Positions 1 to 11,672 of a stretch of 64,000 bases of DNA are shown one piece after another. The stretch is from a virus (taxonomy: Duplodnaviria; Caudoviricetes): positions 182,685 through 246,684 of the IMG/VR virus record IMGVR_UViG_3300037067_027684, one strand, 5' to 3'. A model generated the notes under the pieces. The model had not been told where the DNA came from. It ran no database searches and saw only the letters and a program-made list of their open reading frames with translations. Made by a program: the position numbers and the translations under genes. Positions within the stretch are counted from its first letter, which is position 1. Each line of letters opens with the position of its first letter.

Positions 1-851
1 TCTTGAGTCTTTTTGATCCAGCAAGTATCTCTTGAGTGACAGATTGTGGTGAAGAGCCTTAGGACTCCCTTGGGATGGATGTCTTTGGCTTTGTACTTGT
101 CTTTAAAGAAGTCAGTCATCCATTTAATTGCTTCTTCATATGGAACTGATTTGGGTTTGTGACTTTCGGCGATTATTGAGAATACTTGTACGAATTCATG
201 GATTCTGTTTGGGTCTTTGGTGTAGGAGAGTAGTGATAGGCGTCCATCCGAGTCTGGTTGGCCTGAGAATAGGTCATTCTTGGAGGTTGTGGTTGCGATG
301 CCATCGGTTCGGATGGTGCAGGGGTATGGTTTGCTAGTGTCTGCTATTACTACTCTTAGTAGTGATCCTACTGGGTATTTGTTTAAGTCTTTTTTGTCGT
401 AGGATTCAGACACGTCTTGTAGTGGAATGAATCCTTCATATTTCTCATCGATTAGGATGTCCATTCCGTGTTGTAGGTGGGTGACTATTCTGGCTTTTCT
501 GAGTTGGTTTACTGTTGGTTCTTCGACTTCTTCGGTTGGTGTTTCTACTTCTTGTGCTACTTCTTTTTCATTGAGTTGTTCTATGTCGAATCCTTTGGGT
601 GGTCGTACTGTGATTCGCCAGCTTGAGCTTTTATCAAATGGCCTCACTGCGTAGATTGCGTATTGGTTTTCTTTTGAAATCTTACGGAGTTCTATCTTTT
701 CGGTGGTATTTTCTCCTGTTTTCTTGAATAGTTCTGCTTCCCAATCTCCTTCGTATCCTCGTTCGTTCAGGTAACTTCGGAGGATAGATTTGATTTGGTT
801 GGCTAGGTTACTTCTGATTTTGTTAGATGATGGGAAGGATAGGTTTATCAT
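1..851 (-). CDS. S1 RNA-binding-domain protein (3' end runs off the window)
   Basis: Manual translation from ATG at 851 (overlapping the stop of 848..1246) shows no stop down to about position 66. Contains ARIVTHLQHGMDILIDEKYEGFIPLQDVSESYDKKDLNKYPVGSLLRVVI, resembling an S1 OB fold. Absent from the ORF track. Confidence 0.6.
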   Translation of the reverse strand, partial: MINLSFPSSNKIRSNLANQIKSILRSYLNERGYEGDWEAELFKKTGENTTEKIELRKISKENQYAIYAVRPFDKSSSWRITVRPPKGFDIEQLNEKEVAQEVETPTEEVEEPTVNQLRKARIVTHLQHGMDILIDEKYEGFIPLQDVSESYDKKDLNKYPVGSLLRVVIADTSKPYPCTIRTDGIATTTSKNDLFSGQPDSDGRLSLLSYTKDPNRIHEFVQVFSIIAESHKPKSVPYEEAIKWMTDFFKDKYKAKDIHPKGVLRLFTTICHSRDTCWIKKTQ

Positions 852-1246
852 TGGCTTGCCTCATACTTGGCCAATATTTCTTCCATCTTCTTGATTTGGG
901 TTCGCAATTCTCGTACGAGGGGAGATTTCTTGCTAGACACAGATTCGTCGGGTGTCTTTAGTAGGAATTGTCGATTGAATCCTTCACCTTGTTGAATTAT
1001 TTGGTCTGCTTTGCATAATTTACGGCATTGGGCCATTATTACCCATCGTTTGCCCATTTGGATTTGTTCTTCTAAAGGTCTTGTTTGGTCACGTTTGCCG
1101 CTTTTTTGGTAAGTTAAGTAGATTTGTGATGCTTTTTCTGAGGTTATGCATTGTCCAGCGATATTCAGGAGTTCACCTAATTCATGCCATTGTTTATCCT
1201 GCAATATTTCAAGAATCTTCGCTCGTATGGTTTGGTTGATTGACAT
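848..1246 (-). CDS. hypothetical protein, possible winged-helix N-terminus
   Basis: ORF tightly packed with neighbours; IRAKILEILQDKQWHELGEL is HTH-like. Confidence 0.5.
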   Translation of the reverse strand: MSINQTIRAKILEILQDKQWHELGELLNIAGQCITSEKASQIYLTYQKSGKRDQTRPLEEQIQMGKRWVIMAQCRKLCKADQIIQQGEGFNRQFLLKTPDESVSSKKSPLVRELRTQIKKMEEILAKYEASQ

Positions 1247-1478
1247 TTCACGCTCCCAAGGGGTCTACTACGATGCCAATAGTGTGAGTAATTTCACCAA
1301 TGTGGTTCGGCTTGAAGAAATGCTCAACTGAATAGACTTTGAATCTGTGAGGACCATCATCAAGAAACAACATGACAACTTCCCCTACTCTAGGGATAAA
1401 CTCTAGGTTAATATCTTTAATGAAATCTTCTTTCTTAGAACCATGGCAAAATCTAGCCAACATGTGACCTCCCATCTC

Positions 1479-2429
1479 TCAGATTCTCGCTTTGAGGTCT
1501 TTGAGGGAATCAATGATTTCGTTCACGTCACTCTTGAGTTCTTTCCTTTCTTTCTTATCGTTGGTGAGTTTTTCAATTGGCGGGAAGCACTTACCATTAT
1601 TCCCCGTAGCTAGGAAGCTCCGCATCCTAGTCAATTCTCGTCGGAGGTTGGTTTCGGGGCGATTCTTCTTACCAGTATTCTGGTCATTGATTTTCTTCTT
1701 CCAAGCAACAATAACAGCAATCTGCTCGTCTTCGGTTTGCTTCTCCCTAATATCCTTGACCATTTCTTCAACTTGGGCAGTTGGAAGTTTGTAGTCAGAG
1801 ACTACTCGTCCTGCGTCCTTTAGGACGTTGATGTTGTCCTTAACGGGGGAGAGTGATGCCAGGACCGAGGAGCAGATTCCCTTGGTATCGACGTTTTTGG
1901 ATTGGAGCCTCTCCCGCACGTCTTGGGCGGTGTTTTCAGCGGTGATTTTGCTATAGGTTTCTGGTTTGCCGCCGAAGAATTGGTCGTTAAGATCTCTCAT
2001 CGAGATTTTGTACTTGCGGTGTTGTTCGACGCAGGCTGCGATTTTCTCTTCTGTGTTGAGGTTCCTGCCGTGGCGGATGTTGTCTTGGCGAATGAATGCG
2101 TCTCGTTGAAGGTCTGTGATTGAGCTATCGCAGACGTAGGCGTCTACTATTTTGAGTCCTGCTTGGATTGCGCCGTTGACTCGGTTGTTGCCGCCTAGGA
2201 TATAGCCTCCTTCGACGATTACGATTGCGGGGAAGCGTACTCCTTCTTTCATTTTGCTGGCGTAAAGGGTGCAGTCGTCATCGTTTAGGGCTTTGCCGAA
2301 TCGGGCGTTGTTTTTCTTGGAGTCCTCTACTTTGAGGGTGTTGATTTTGAGGTTCTCGACGTACTTCCATTTAATCTTGAGGGAGTCGAGCAACTGTTCA
2401 ACGGATGAGTCCTTTTCCCACATGGTCAA
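1479..2429 (-). CDS. ParB/Srx-like N-terminal domain protein
   Basis: YASKMKEGVRFPAIVIVEGGYILGGNNRVNGAIQAG matches the ParB-N pattern (P-I-V ... G-x-H/N-R). Confidence 0.6.
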   Translation of the reverse strand: MTMWEKDSSVEQLLDSLKIKWKYVENLKINTLKVEDSKKNNARFGKALNDDDCTLYASKMKEGVRFPAIVIVEGGYILGGNNRVNGAIQAGLKIVDAYVCDSSITDLQRDAFIRQDNIRHGRNLNTEEKIAACVEQHRKYKISMRDLNDQFFGGKPETYSKITAENTAQDVRERLQSKNVDTKGICSSVLASLSPVKDNINVLKDAGRVVSDYKLPTAQVEEMVKDIREKQTEDEQIAVIVAWKKKINDQNTGKKNRPETNLRRELTRMRSFLATGNNGKCFPPIEKLTNDKKERKELKSDVNEIIDSLKDLKARI

Positions 2430-2905
2430 GTATCTCCTTTTGGTTGTCCCTTGGTATTGGTGTCGCGGTTATGAGGAATTAGAAGTTACATCTAAAGAGA
2501 ATAGCTGTAATTGTTGAAATGAGCAGTCCTAATAGTAACCCAATCAGGAGTCCTCGATGATATCCTTCTTTATAACAAAAACCAGCTAATTCTGATGCTT
2601 TCGAGCAGATTTCTGTTTCCCTTTTGGTTTGCGGCCATGGCATTGGTGCTTTCGGCATTTGGATTCTCCACCCAGAGTGCGAATTAGAAATTCTATTAGA
2701 TTTTCACCACCAACTTTTCGCTCTTTGGGAGTCTTCCTGTCTTGGGTTGACAACTCTTCAATAACTAGATCGATTGCGTCTTCAAGTTGGTCAATGCGCT
2801 TTTCAACATCTTTATAGAAAACAAATTCACCATTTTTGTGTTTACATAAACGGAAGGAGGGTCCATGGAACAAGCGGGGGTTGCATCTTGATAATCGATA
2901 TCGTG

Positions 2906-3478
2906 TCATTTGTTCTCTCCGTAGAAATGGGAGATTAGGTCGGCCTGGGCACGTAACTCAGCAACCAAATTACACATTAATTCAGGTGCGTCATTCCAGA
3001 GAGCATCAGCCAATTGTAGACTTTCAAATGCATACAGCCTCTTGAAAGCAGGACTTGCCTCATCTTCCATCAATTCTTTGAGGTTATCAATCCTATCGAC
3101 TAATTTGATGATTTTGACTTCAAGCGGTTGTTTACTTAACCGTTCTCGGTCTTTCTGTTTACGTTCGGCTCTGGTCAATCCACGTTTCTTCGGTTGGTTG
3201 GTTAATCCAAGAACCCACAAGCATACTTGCTCACCGAAGATTTGATCAATATCGTCTAGGACTTTCTGGTACCGGTCTTTACCACACTCTTCTAACACAT
3301 CGTGGAGTTCGCCAGCAATACAAACGTTATCTGGTAAGCCTAATTCGATTAACCTATCGCAAACTCTATCAGGGTGGGTGATGTAGGGTCTTCCGTTATA
3401 CTTTCTGGTTTGGCCTTTATGAATTTCTGTGGCGTATTCTTTGGCTCTAACGACTTTGGGCGACATTGTTTGGGTCAT
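2906..3478 (-). CDS. HD-domain hydrolase, SpoT/Mesh1 type ((p)ppGpp-hydrolase-like)
   Basis: HKGQTRK..GRPYITHP, LHDVLE and IKLVDRIDNL motifs. Confidence 0.85.
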   Translation of the reverse strand: MTQTMSPKVVRAKEYATEIHKGQTRKYNGRPYITHPDRVCDRLIELGLPDNVCIAGELHDVLEECGKDRYQKVLDDIDQIFGEQVCLWVLGLTNQPKKRGLTRAERKQKDRERLSKQPLEVKIIKLVDRIDNLKELMEDEASPAFKRLYAFESLQLADALWNDAPELMCNLVAELRAQADLISHFYGENK

Positions 3479-3890
3479 TTAGCACTCCTTTCTCAAGTCT
3501 AGGCGTAAAATCGGGTTTACGCTTTTGTCGTTCGATTAATTCTAGGCAATGGTGGCAGATTACTTTATCATGCCAGCAACGTTCTTCGTAGTTGCAAGAG
3601 ATTTGGACCCATCCGGATGGTGGCTTAGTCAGCAGAGGGATGGTTTCGCTTGTCCAACAGAGGTCACATACCCATTTAGTCAGGTGTTCTACTGCCATTT
3701 TTGGTTTCCTCCAAATAGATTAATCGTGCTTGTTGCTTCATGGCTTCTGTTAAACCTCGTTCAAATTCTTTATATACTCGGAAGTATGCGTCCTTTTTAG
3801 TCATCTTCCCATTCTCGGTTAGTTGTTTGAATCGTTTGGTCATGACGTTTTGAATTGCTGCTATTACGTCTGGTGTTTCAAACCAAGGCA

Positions 3891-4472
3891 TTAGTTCCCC
3901 TCCATAATCAATTTTCTATCGCCAATTTCTGCATTTGGTGTTCTAGATCCAGGGATTAGTCGCCCGAGGACTTTTGGGTATGAGTATGCGCATTGAAATA
4001 TCCCAGTTTTAAGGATTGTTTCCATCTTGTAGATTACTAATTTTGGGGCGTTGATTATCATTCCTTTGTCATTTACGACATTCCCATTGAGGCATGGGTG
4101 ATTGATCAGTGGCATTGCTTCAACTAGTAACTTATCCCAATTTTGATGTAGGAAGCAAATATCATCATCTGCTTTGATGACGTATTCATATTTCGACATC
4201 CACGAGTAACTTGGGTTCATACGTAGACAATCTACATAGGAGTACCAATTCATGTATTCAACGTCGTGATGGAATATGCAGTGGGCGGTTGGTAGTCTAT
4301 CTTCTGGGAAGGTTACGTCTCTTAGGGCTGTTTTGTCCAGCATGAATATTCTTGCGACTGGGGAGTCTGCTGAGTGCAATGTCTGTCGATCAACAGATAC
4401 TGTCTCGATCAGTGAGTCGTCCATTTCGACCCAGTGGTTACAGGTTATCTTTACTAGAATTAGTACTTTCAC
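3891..4472 (-). CDS. possible GT-A fold glycosyltransferase
   Basis: YEYVIKADDDICF DxD-type motif. Confidence 0.4.
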   Translation of the reverse strand: MKVLILVKITCNHWVEMDDSLIETVSVDRQTLHSADSPVARIFMLDKTALRDVTFPEDRLPTAHCIFHHDVEYMNWYSYVDCLRMNPSYSWMSKYEYVIKADDDICFLHQNWDKLLVEAMPLINHPCLNGNVVNDKGMIINAPKLVIYKMETILKTGIFQCAYSYPKVLGRLIPGSRTPNAEIGDRKLIMEGN

Positions 4473-5688
4473 GATTTCTTTTGAAATCCACCATGGGCCT
4501 GTAGGTTGAGGGTGTCCATTTGGCGTCGGTAAGCTTGTTTGACTGCAAGAAAATGTCGTTCCATGGCCTCAATCTGTACTCGTAGTTCGCTCATGCTGTC
4601 TTGGTTGAGGTTTTTGATGCCTGGAATCAATCCGTTTTCTAGGGCGTAAAGCTCTAATTCGGCTCGACCAGCTAAATCCAAAATCAGTTTGTCAACGGCT
4701 GGATCACCTTGGCAAGGTTCACTCATTTTCTTTCTCCTTAGTGTCAGATACTCTCGATTGTTCGACTACAGCTTCAACATCTTTCTTTATCTCTTGTAGA
4801 GCTGACATAAAGGCTGCTGTGTCTTCTTCATACGTGGTGTCAGGGGTGCACCATCTAAATTCGATGCCAAGTCTTTTCATTTCTGGGCTAATGTCTTTGG
4901 TGTGTAGGTTGAATATTGTGTTGAATTTGAATTCTGGTCCTGCTTTGGAGTTATAGATGGTTTCTGCTCTGTTAATTAGTTCGAGTAGTTTCTTCATGCA
5001 TCCTCCTTGTTAAACGTCTTGGGCTAGGGCTTCTATTCTTGAGGCTAGGTCTCCTAGTTCGTTGGCTTCTTCCATGAAAGATTGCCAATTATATTTTGGC
5101 TCTTCTCCTTTTAGCTTAGATATTTGGTTTGCTGCTTTCATTGCTGCTATTCGTGCGTTACATTGATCTGCTTGGGTTCTTAGTGCTATGATTTTGCCGA
5201 CGTAGTAATTCATGGGTTACTCACCTCCCAAAGCCGCAATCATCGTGTCTAGAATGTTGCTGTACGCAACACTGGCTCTCCTAGCCTCCGAGAAGAGGGC
5301 AGGCAACATTGAATGCTCTATGTGGTCAATATTTTGACTTCTCTCGTTTCATTCATCGTTTTCTCCTACTTTCCTTACTGGAAACATTTGATCCCATTCT
5401 TAAGGATGTAATCGACCTTCTTGTAAGTCTCCCACAATGTCAAAGCATCACACAACAGTTTCTGGCGAACGTTCGGTGGAATACGTTTAAATGAAGTAAT
5501 TTTCTTGGGCTTAAAATCACCCCATTCTGCGTCTAACTCTTCGAACCACAGGAATTCAGCAATCTTAATAAGCTCTTTCTTGTGGGGGTGTTTGGCCATG
5601 AAGGTTGGACTGGGAGAATAGGTTCGTAGGTCCATTTTTCTGATTGCTTCGGACCAACCTTCAAGCCAATTTTTACAAGCTTTGTTCT

Positions 5689-6489
5689 TCATTGTAATTC
5701 CTTCTTGACGTGGACGATTTCAACTTGGGTTGAAACTCCGGACCACTCTTTCAGGTACACTGAGGTATCGATGCTGGTTGCTTCGAAAATGATACCTGTT
5801 TGGTCTTTAAACTTCTCGTATTCTTTATTCAAAACCTGTTGGTAATTCATACATCCACTGTAATGGAATGGACAGGATCGTTGGTCTACAATAAAGGTTG
5901 CAAACTTCACATATTGTAAGGCGATTTCTGCAAGCGCGTATGTGGATTTACCACCGGTATAGTTCAGGCCGGTGAAGTTGGTTGGCTTGATTTTGAGGAA
6001 GGGTGGGTTGCTGATTACCTCGTAGGCTGAGCCAATTTGTTCCCAAGTTTTGGCGTCAAAGGCATCCCCTAGAATCCATTTGGCGTCTGGGAGGATTCGT
6101 TTGCCTACTTCTATGAAGGTTGGGTTGTTTTCAACACAGATGTGTTTTGCCCCACCGCCTCCCATTATTTCTTCTGCGAAGCTTAATGCTCCAATTCCTG
6201 CACATACGTCCACAATGGTTCCGATCCCAATTACTTCTAGAGAAAAATCTCTTGCTAAGTCATAAGGGGTGAAGAATGTTCCTGTTTTGCCAACATTGTG
6301 GGAGGCTTGTGGGTTCCAGTTTTTGAGGATGTAGATTTTCTCGTCTATGGTTAGGGGTTTGTCTTGTTTGTGACATTTTACCCAATCATAGGAGTCTGTT
6401 TTTTCGTGATAGAAGAGGCATGCTGTGCCGTCAACTAATTGTTGGGCTTGTTCGTGATTTTTGGTTGCTATTTTGCTTAATTTAGACAT
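5689..6489 (-). CDS. SAM-dependent N6-adenine (amino) methyltransferase
   Basis: GTFFTP, VDVCAGIG (motif I) and ISNPPF (motif IV); start placed at the ATG with an AGGAG RBS. Confidence 0.8.
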   Translation of the reverse strand: MSKLSKIATKNHEQAQQLVDGTACLFYHEKTDSYDWVKCHKQDKPLTIDEKIYILKNWNPQASHNVGKTGTFFTPYDLARDFSLEVIGIGTIVDVCAGIGALSFAEEIMGGGGAKHICVENNPTFIEVGKRILPDAKWILGDAFDAKTWEQIGSAYEVISNPPFLKIKPTNFTGLNYTGGKSTYALAEIALQYVKFATFIVDQRSCPFHYSGCMNYQQVLNKEYEKFKDQTGIIFEATSIDTSVYLKEWSGVSTQVEIVHVKKELQ

Positions 6490-7440
6490 TTTTCTCCTTA
6501 ACCGGCCAGAGTTTGGGGAATTTACCATCACGCATTTGATTTACTCGTCGTGTGATCAATTCGATGTGATCTGTGTTTAGCCCTTCACCAAGAAGGGAGA
6601 CTAGGGCTTTGCACCATAATTTGTCTCGTTCAAGGCATTCTTGTGGCTCACTGGTTTTGTCGTTAACGAATTTAAACTCTACCATCAAATCAGGGAATCC
6701 TTGGTCGATTGTGGATTCAAGGCTCACTACAAGTTGCGCAACCGTAAGTCTCTGTGGGATGTCCGGTTCGGGTGGGTACGGGAAATCTTTTGGGTCGTAT
6801 GAGTTTACAATTGGTCTGTCTTTCATTCTTTCACCTTTAGCACTTTGGCTGTCCCTTCATCCAAATCAAGTTCAATCCTGATGTTCTCACCCCATTCGAT
6901 AAATTTTTGGGCAACTTCCTTAATCTTTTCGCACTTTTCTTCGGATTCTTCGGAGCCGTGCATTTCTATTTCGTTTTCGCAGGCGTAGGACACAACATCT
7001 GGTGTTTTGAACCTGAGGCATACTTTACCATATTTCTTCTGAGATACTCCAGTGGGCGAGTTTGCCTTTTCTTTAAGAATAGTTTCTGGAAGGTAGACGC
7101 AATAAGAGTTGCATTGGTCGAACGCTACCTCGACTTCTCTGCCAACTGGATTAGGGTAATCCTTCTTGAGGTCTTGGACATTTAGGATGCGAAATGTAGA
7201 TCCTTGGAGTCTGCCTGTGCTGAGTATTGCTTGGTATTCTTTGGTTGCTTCGTAGATTACGACGTGTGCGTGTTCTATCATTGGTCTCTCCTTCGTATGT
7301 TCTTTACTAGTTCAGCCATTTCTTTGAGCCATGGTTTGGGGATTGCTTTGCCTGCTTTCAGGTATCGGTTTCCTGCTTCGATGATTTCAAGCAAGCGTTC
7401 TTCCTCCGCTATCCAGCGGGGTCTGAGTCCTAGTGGAGGC

Positions 7441-7677
7441 TTAGTAGGTTGCTGCATCTCTGCGATTCCAGCAGTCAGCCATCTTTTGTTTGAGTTGGTC
7501 GGTATTTTGACCTTTTTCATGGAGGTCAAATTCATCGTAAATCACATGCATCGACCCGAAACAATCCTTATTCTTGCAGACTATATTGAGTGATGGGAAT
7601 GATTTCATATTCCCGTATGTTTCGGTGAATTTGGCTTCTGATCCACAGTGGGGGCATGGCTTTAGGGTCGGTTCCAC
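7441..7677 (-). CDS. Lar-family restriction alleviation zinc-finger protein
   Basis: LKPCPHCG ... CxxxxC ... WNRR signature. Confidence 0.7.
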   Translation of the reverse strand: MEPTLKPCPHCGSEAKFTETYGNMKSFPSLNIVCKNKDCFGSMHVIYDEFDLHEKGQNTDQLKQKMADCWNRRDAATY

Positions 7678-8162
7678 GTTATTTCCTCTTTAACGTTCTG
7701 GATGCCATCCACATAGCTGTATCAATTGTTTCGTAACGGAGGTCGGACATTTGATCCCGATCATTGGCATTCCAATCTTTTGGTATTACTAGGTGTTTGT
7801 TGGCTTCAGCTAGCCATTGGCTGAGCTTGACATAATTATGCTTCTCCCAATAGTGACCGTGGTTGATTATGTAGGAATGTTCATCGAACTTGGTGAAGTC
7901 AATTCCATCGTGATAACCACGGATGAACTTCATTAGGTCTTTCTTGGTGAACTTCTTCATTTTGGGCTTCATTTTTCCTCCTTAATAACTGAGACTTTGG
8001 GTACCCAGACTGCTCCTTTTTCGCCTTTGAATTTGACGAAAATCTTATTGTCGGTTCCGGCCCAATAGACTTTACCGGTTTTCTTTCCGTCTGCTGTTTT
8101 GATCTTGTCACCTTGGGTGAGGATTACTTGTTCTGGTTTCATCTTGATCCTTTCTTGTTAGC

Positions 8163-8879
8163 TCACTCATTCTTTAGCTCATTCATCATGGACCTGAGGC
8201 GCTCAAATTCGTTGTCTAAGGAGGCTCGATCTTCAATCCTGCCTGTACTTGGGTTGACCCATCTTAGTGTCTGTGCTGGTGGTCTTATTTCTGGTTTGGG
8301 TGTGGTTGGTTTATTAGGTCTAAACCAGAATTTACGAAAACGCCCCATTATAGTTCCAAACCAAGTTTTTCGATAATAATCAACTTCTGTTTCTGCTCCA
8401 TCAATTAGATCCCTAACGCGGGCATCTTCTTCAGCTTCGGCTGCGGCATCCCTAACGCGAGCATCCTCTTCAGCTTCGGCTGCGGCGATAAGGGCTTGCT
8501 GACGAATCCTACGTAAACGATCCTTAATTTCTCGATTTTCTCTGTCCCTCTGAAGTATCCTCGTCATTTGGACAGCAGCATCATCAGGTCGTGGGAGTTG
8601 AACTACGGAACATGGTGTTCTTAATTCAGTTTGATCAACAACTGCCTTCTTCGTCTCGGATTCAGCAATAATACTATCAACAGCTTTGGAGAACTTCTCC
8701 AAAACTTCTAACTGAACAGCCTTGTTGAGATTCTCAAAACTTTTAGTGAGCTTGGTGATCTGCTTAGTTAGTTCCTCAGATGGATTCTCACCAAAATCAA
8801 GCTTCCTATCACCAAGCTCACCCATGTGAACCTCACGCGACCCGCACTCTTCCGTAGTCCACGTCTGACACAATTTCAT
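8163..8879 (-). CDS. hypothetical coiled-coil protein with an internal 13-aa duplication
   Basis: AAAEAEEDARVRD occurs twice (39-bp tandem repeat near 8409-8487). Confidence 0.6.
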   Translation of the reverse strand: MKLCQTWTTEECGSREVHMGELGDRKLDFGENPSEELTKQITKLTKSFENLNKAVQLEVLEKFSKAVDSIIAESETKKAVVDQTELRTPCSVVQLPRPDDAAVQMTRILQRDRENREIKDRLRRIRQQALIAAAEAEEDARVRDAAAEAEEDARVRDLIDGAETEVDYYRKTWFGTIMGRFRKFWFRPNKPTTPKPEIRPPAQTLRWVNPSTGRIEDRASLDNEFERLRSMMNELKNE

Positions 8880-9503
8880 GACTCTCTAACCTGTCTAGCT
8901 CTTGCACCAAAGCGGAAAATTCCTCACTCGTATCCTCGTTAGTAAGATACCAAGCCATATACGCATCTTGGGCTAACGATTCGACTTCACGTACGTACTC
9001 AAGCATATTAATCCATCCTTATAACAAGGACTCGGACCGACCCACCTTTGTTCGGTGGCAATTTAGACATAACCTCCACTGATCATCTCCAAAGCCAGGA
9101 TAACCATGTTCGTCCAACACCAAAAAGCGCTTCTTCTTGATCATCTTACTGCTTCCTTTTCTGCTTCCATTTTCGACAACAGACGCTCTATTAGTTTATC
9201 CACGTTAAGATCACGCGAAAGGAATGAGTGATCACCAATACTGATTTTCAAATGATCTACCAAATACGCTTGAGCATTCTCATCCTTAGTGTCGCCCACA
9301 ACCTGCTGAACCAAATCATGACCAGCTCGGAGGAATGTCTTAGCAAGCTCAAGCTTACGCAGGTTACTGAGTTGTGATTCGTAAGACTCATCCTCAATCT
9401 CGTCAAGGCCGTCAATCTCATCCTTGACATCTTGGATGTTGACATGGTAGAGCTGGTAGTGATGTGTCTTTGTGGTCCTTGTTTCTGCCATTTTGAGTCT
9501 CCT

Positions 9504-10529
9504 TTAGAGTTTGCTCTTTGCCAAATAAGCAGGACTACGTTGTTTGAGGATTAACCTTTCAAGAGTCGGGTGTTTGATCACAAATCCCTCTCTATTGACA
9601 GCAGCAAGGCGACTCTGCCCGTCACTCATAACCTTGATAGACGATCCATTGAGGAATTCCCTCAATTTACCAACATAGAGAATTGGCACAACGTGTTCTT
9701 CTGGCATATTCTCAGCACCGTAGAATTCTGTAACCTCCTTTTTGAATTCCTCAAAGGGGAGCCAATTGAAGTTGACCTTGATGTCAAACATCCGAACTTC
9801 ATGCTCCTTTAGCTTATAAATATTGTCTTGGATGCCAGGACCGATCATTTCACCGTAAACGGCGGCTGGCTTACCATATTTCTTATTGAGTTGTAGAGCA
9901 AATTCGGTTAGCCTGCATCTTTTGGCAACCTTCCAGAAGGTGTGTTCATCACCCCCAATCGGGATTATAGTTTTGTTATGTTGATTCACCATAATCTCAC
10001 CAGAGTTAGCGAAGGTACTGAAGTTGGTGCCCTCTAACTTCTCTGTGATGACTACTTCTTGGTCCATGAGGAGTTGTGCTACATCAACATGACGATCAGC
10101 GCTCTCGATGTCGTAGGCTGACAAGCCATCAGGGAGGGGCAGTAGCTTGGCATTGTCACAAATTATTTCTGGTGGTTCATATTTGGTGACGCCAAGGTAA
10201 TTGGTGATTTCTTCTGGCTTGAGGTCGTTTGGGATCAGGTCTGTTTTGCTTACTATTCCTTGGCTGATTTGACCTCTTAGTTTGACTGTTTTGATCCTAT
10301 TCATTTCTTTTCCGGCTAGCTTCCCAGTTAGGCCGAGTTTTTCGATGAGAGGGGCTGGGAGCAAGGAGTCTACTGGGAAGTAGAGGCATTCTTCACCAAT
10401 TGTAAATTGTCCTTTGCCGATAACGAATTGGAAGTCCATTCCTTCTAGGGATGCTAGTTCTATGCGGTCGGCATCTTTGATTGGTGAGATTGTTTTGATT
10501 TTCTCTTTGGTTACTCCGAAGAATGACAT
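9504..10529 (-). CDS. ATP-dependent RNA ligase, DRB0094/Rnl5-like
   Basis: N-terminal OB module (PIKDADRIE; RIKTVKLRGQISQG), motif I EKLEGT, YGEMIG, FDIK, EGFVIK. Confidence 0.85.
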   Translation of the reverse strand: MSFFGVTKEKIKTISPIKDADRIELASLEGMDFQFVIGKGQFTIGEECLYFPVDSLLPAPLIEKLGLTGKLAGKEMNRIKTVKLRGQISQGIVSKTDLIPNDLKPEEITNYLGVTKYEPPEIICDNAKLLPLPDGLSAYDIESADRHVDVAQLLMDQEVVITEKLEGTNFSTFANSGEIMVNQHNKTIIPIGGDEHTFWKVAKRCRLTEFALQLNKKYGKPAAVYGEMIGPGIQDNIYKLKEHEVRMFDIKVNFNWLPFEEFKKEVTEFYGAENMPEEHVVPILYVGKLREFLNGSSIKVMSDGQSRLAAVNREGFVIKHPTLERLILKQRSPAYLAKSKL

Positions 10530-10538
10530 TTGGGCCTC

Positions 10539-11402
10539 CTAGTATTTCTCGTAGTATTCACAGTATCCCTTATTGCAGGATTGCAACCATTCTGCAAATT
10601 CAGGATCACACTTGGGTAATTTGGTCTTCCAAGCGTTTGCGTAGACATTACCGTAGTGTTGTACGAATTTATTTTCTTGATCCCTAGGTCGTTGCATTTC
10701 GGCGTAGTTAGAGAGGTAGAGCATACAAGGGAATTTGCATAACCAGAATGGGTTGAACCTCACATGGGGGTGAAGGTCGATTGCTTGCAATCTGGTGAGT
10801 AACCCTTCTCTGCCGTCTAGGTGGCATTGGCGGTACCATCTTTGGGCGGGGTAGGGCTTTCCATCAGGGAAATCTCTCATTAGGTCTTGGTATTTCTCGT
10901 CTTCGAAGAAGAGTCCTCCGGAGCAGTGGTCGGCTGCTTGGTAGAGTTCGTTTACTATTTGGTGTTGTTTGTCGCGTGACACTTCTGGCATGTCAGTGAA
11001 GATTTCGAAATTGACTCCTAGGTCGTTGACATGCTTCTCACATAGGGTGTGGGAGGTTATGTGTAGGTAGATGCCTCGTTTTTTGGACCAGTAGAATCGT
11101 TCTTCTTCGTGTTGGATTTTTGGTTCTGCGGTGTAGTTGGGTGAGTAGTCGAAGTTGGCTTGGTAGACTAGTTTGAATCCTAGTAGGGATTCTTCTAGGA
11201 GTTTACAGGCTTCGTCGAAGTCTAGTCCTGATCGGGTGTCGTTTATGTCTTTGAGGAATTGTTGTTTGCGTTGGTTGTGGACTAGGAACATTCCTAGTCC
11301 TAGTCTTTGGGCGTCACTGTTTTGGTCGTGTATGCTGGTGCCTGTGAGTTTTTCGGCTTGGTCTAGGGGGTCGAATCTCATGATTTCATCGAATTGGCTC
11401 AT
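10539..11402 (-). CDS. hypothetical protein
   Basis: Long ORF with an AGGAGG RBS before the ATG at 11402. Confidence 0.7.
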   Translation of the reverse strand: MSQFDEIMRFDPLDQAEKLTGTSIHDQNSDAQRLGLGMFLVHNQRKQQFLKDINDTRSGLDFDEACKLLEESLLGFKLVYQANFDYSPNYTAEPKIQHEEERFYWSKKRGIYLHITSHTLCEKHVNDLGVNFEIFTDMPEVSRDKQHQIVNELYQAADHCSGGLFFEDEKYQDLMRDFPDGKPYPAQRWYRQCHLDGREGLLTRLQAIDLHPHVRFNPFWLCKFPCMLYLSNYAEMQRPRDQENKFVQHYGNVYANAWKTKLPKCDPEFAEWLQSCNKGYCEYYEKY

Positions 11403-11456
11403 GGTGCTCCTCCTGTTAAAGGTCGTATCGTATTGGGGCATTGGGTTAAGTATTTG

Positions 11457-11672
11457 ATGACAATGGATAAAACTGAAGATCTTCTACATAATTGGAAGTT
11501 GTTGAGACAACTGCGTGATGACGCACTTAAAGAGAGAGCTAAATGTCCGACAGATTTTTCGGTCACTGACATAAGACGTGATGTTCTGCTCCAGTTGGCT
11601 TCTAGTATTGATCATCTTCTTTCGTGGTCGCCGCCAAGTACATGGAAAGAAGATCATCTCGATAACCGGTAA
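11457..11672 (+). CDS. hypothetical protein, lone plus-strand ORF in the minus-strand array
   Basis: Fills a gap without a convincing minus-strand gene; helical protein-like composition. Confidence 0.35.
   Translation: MTMDKTEDLLHNWKLLRQLRDDALKERAKCPTDFSVTDIRRDVLLQLASSIDHLLSWSPPSTWKEDHLDNR

Noticed and set aside
2906-3478. HD protein as DatZ (Z-pathway dATPase)
   Set aside because: Its motifs (HxGQxRK, PYxxHP, KLxDRxxN) are SpoT/Mesh1 type.
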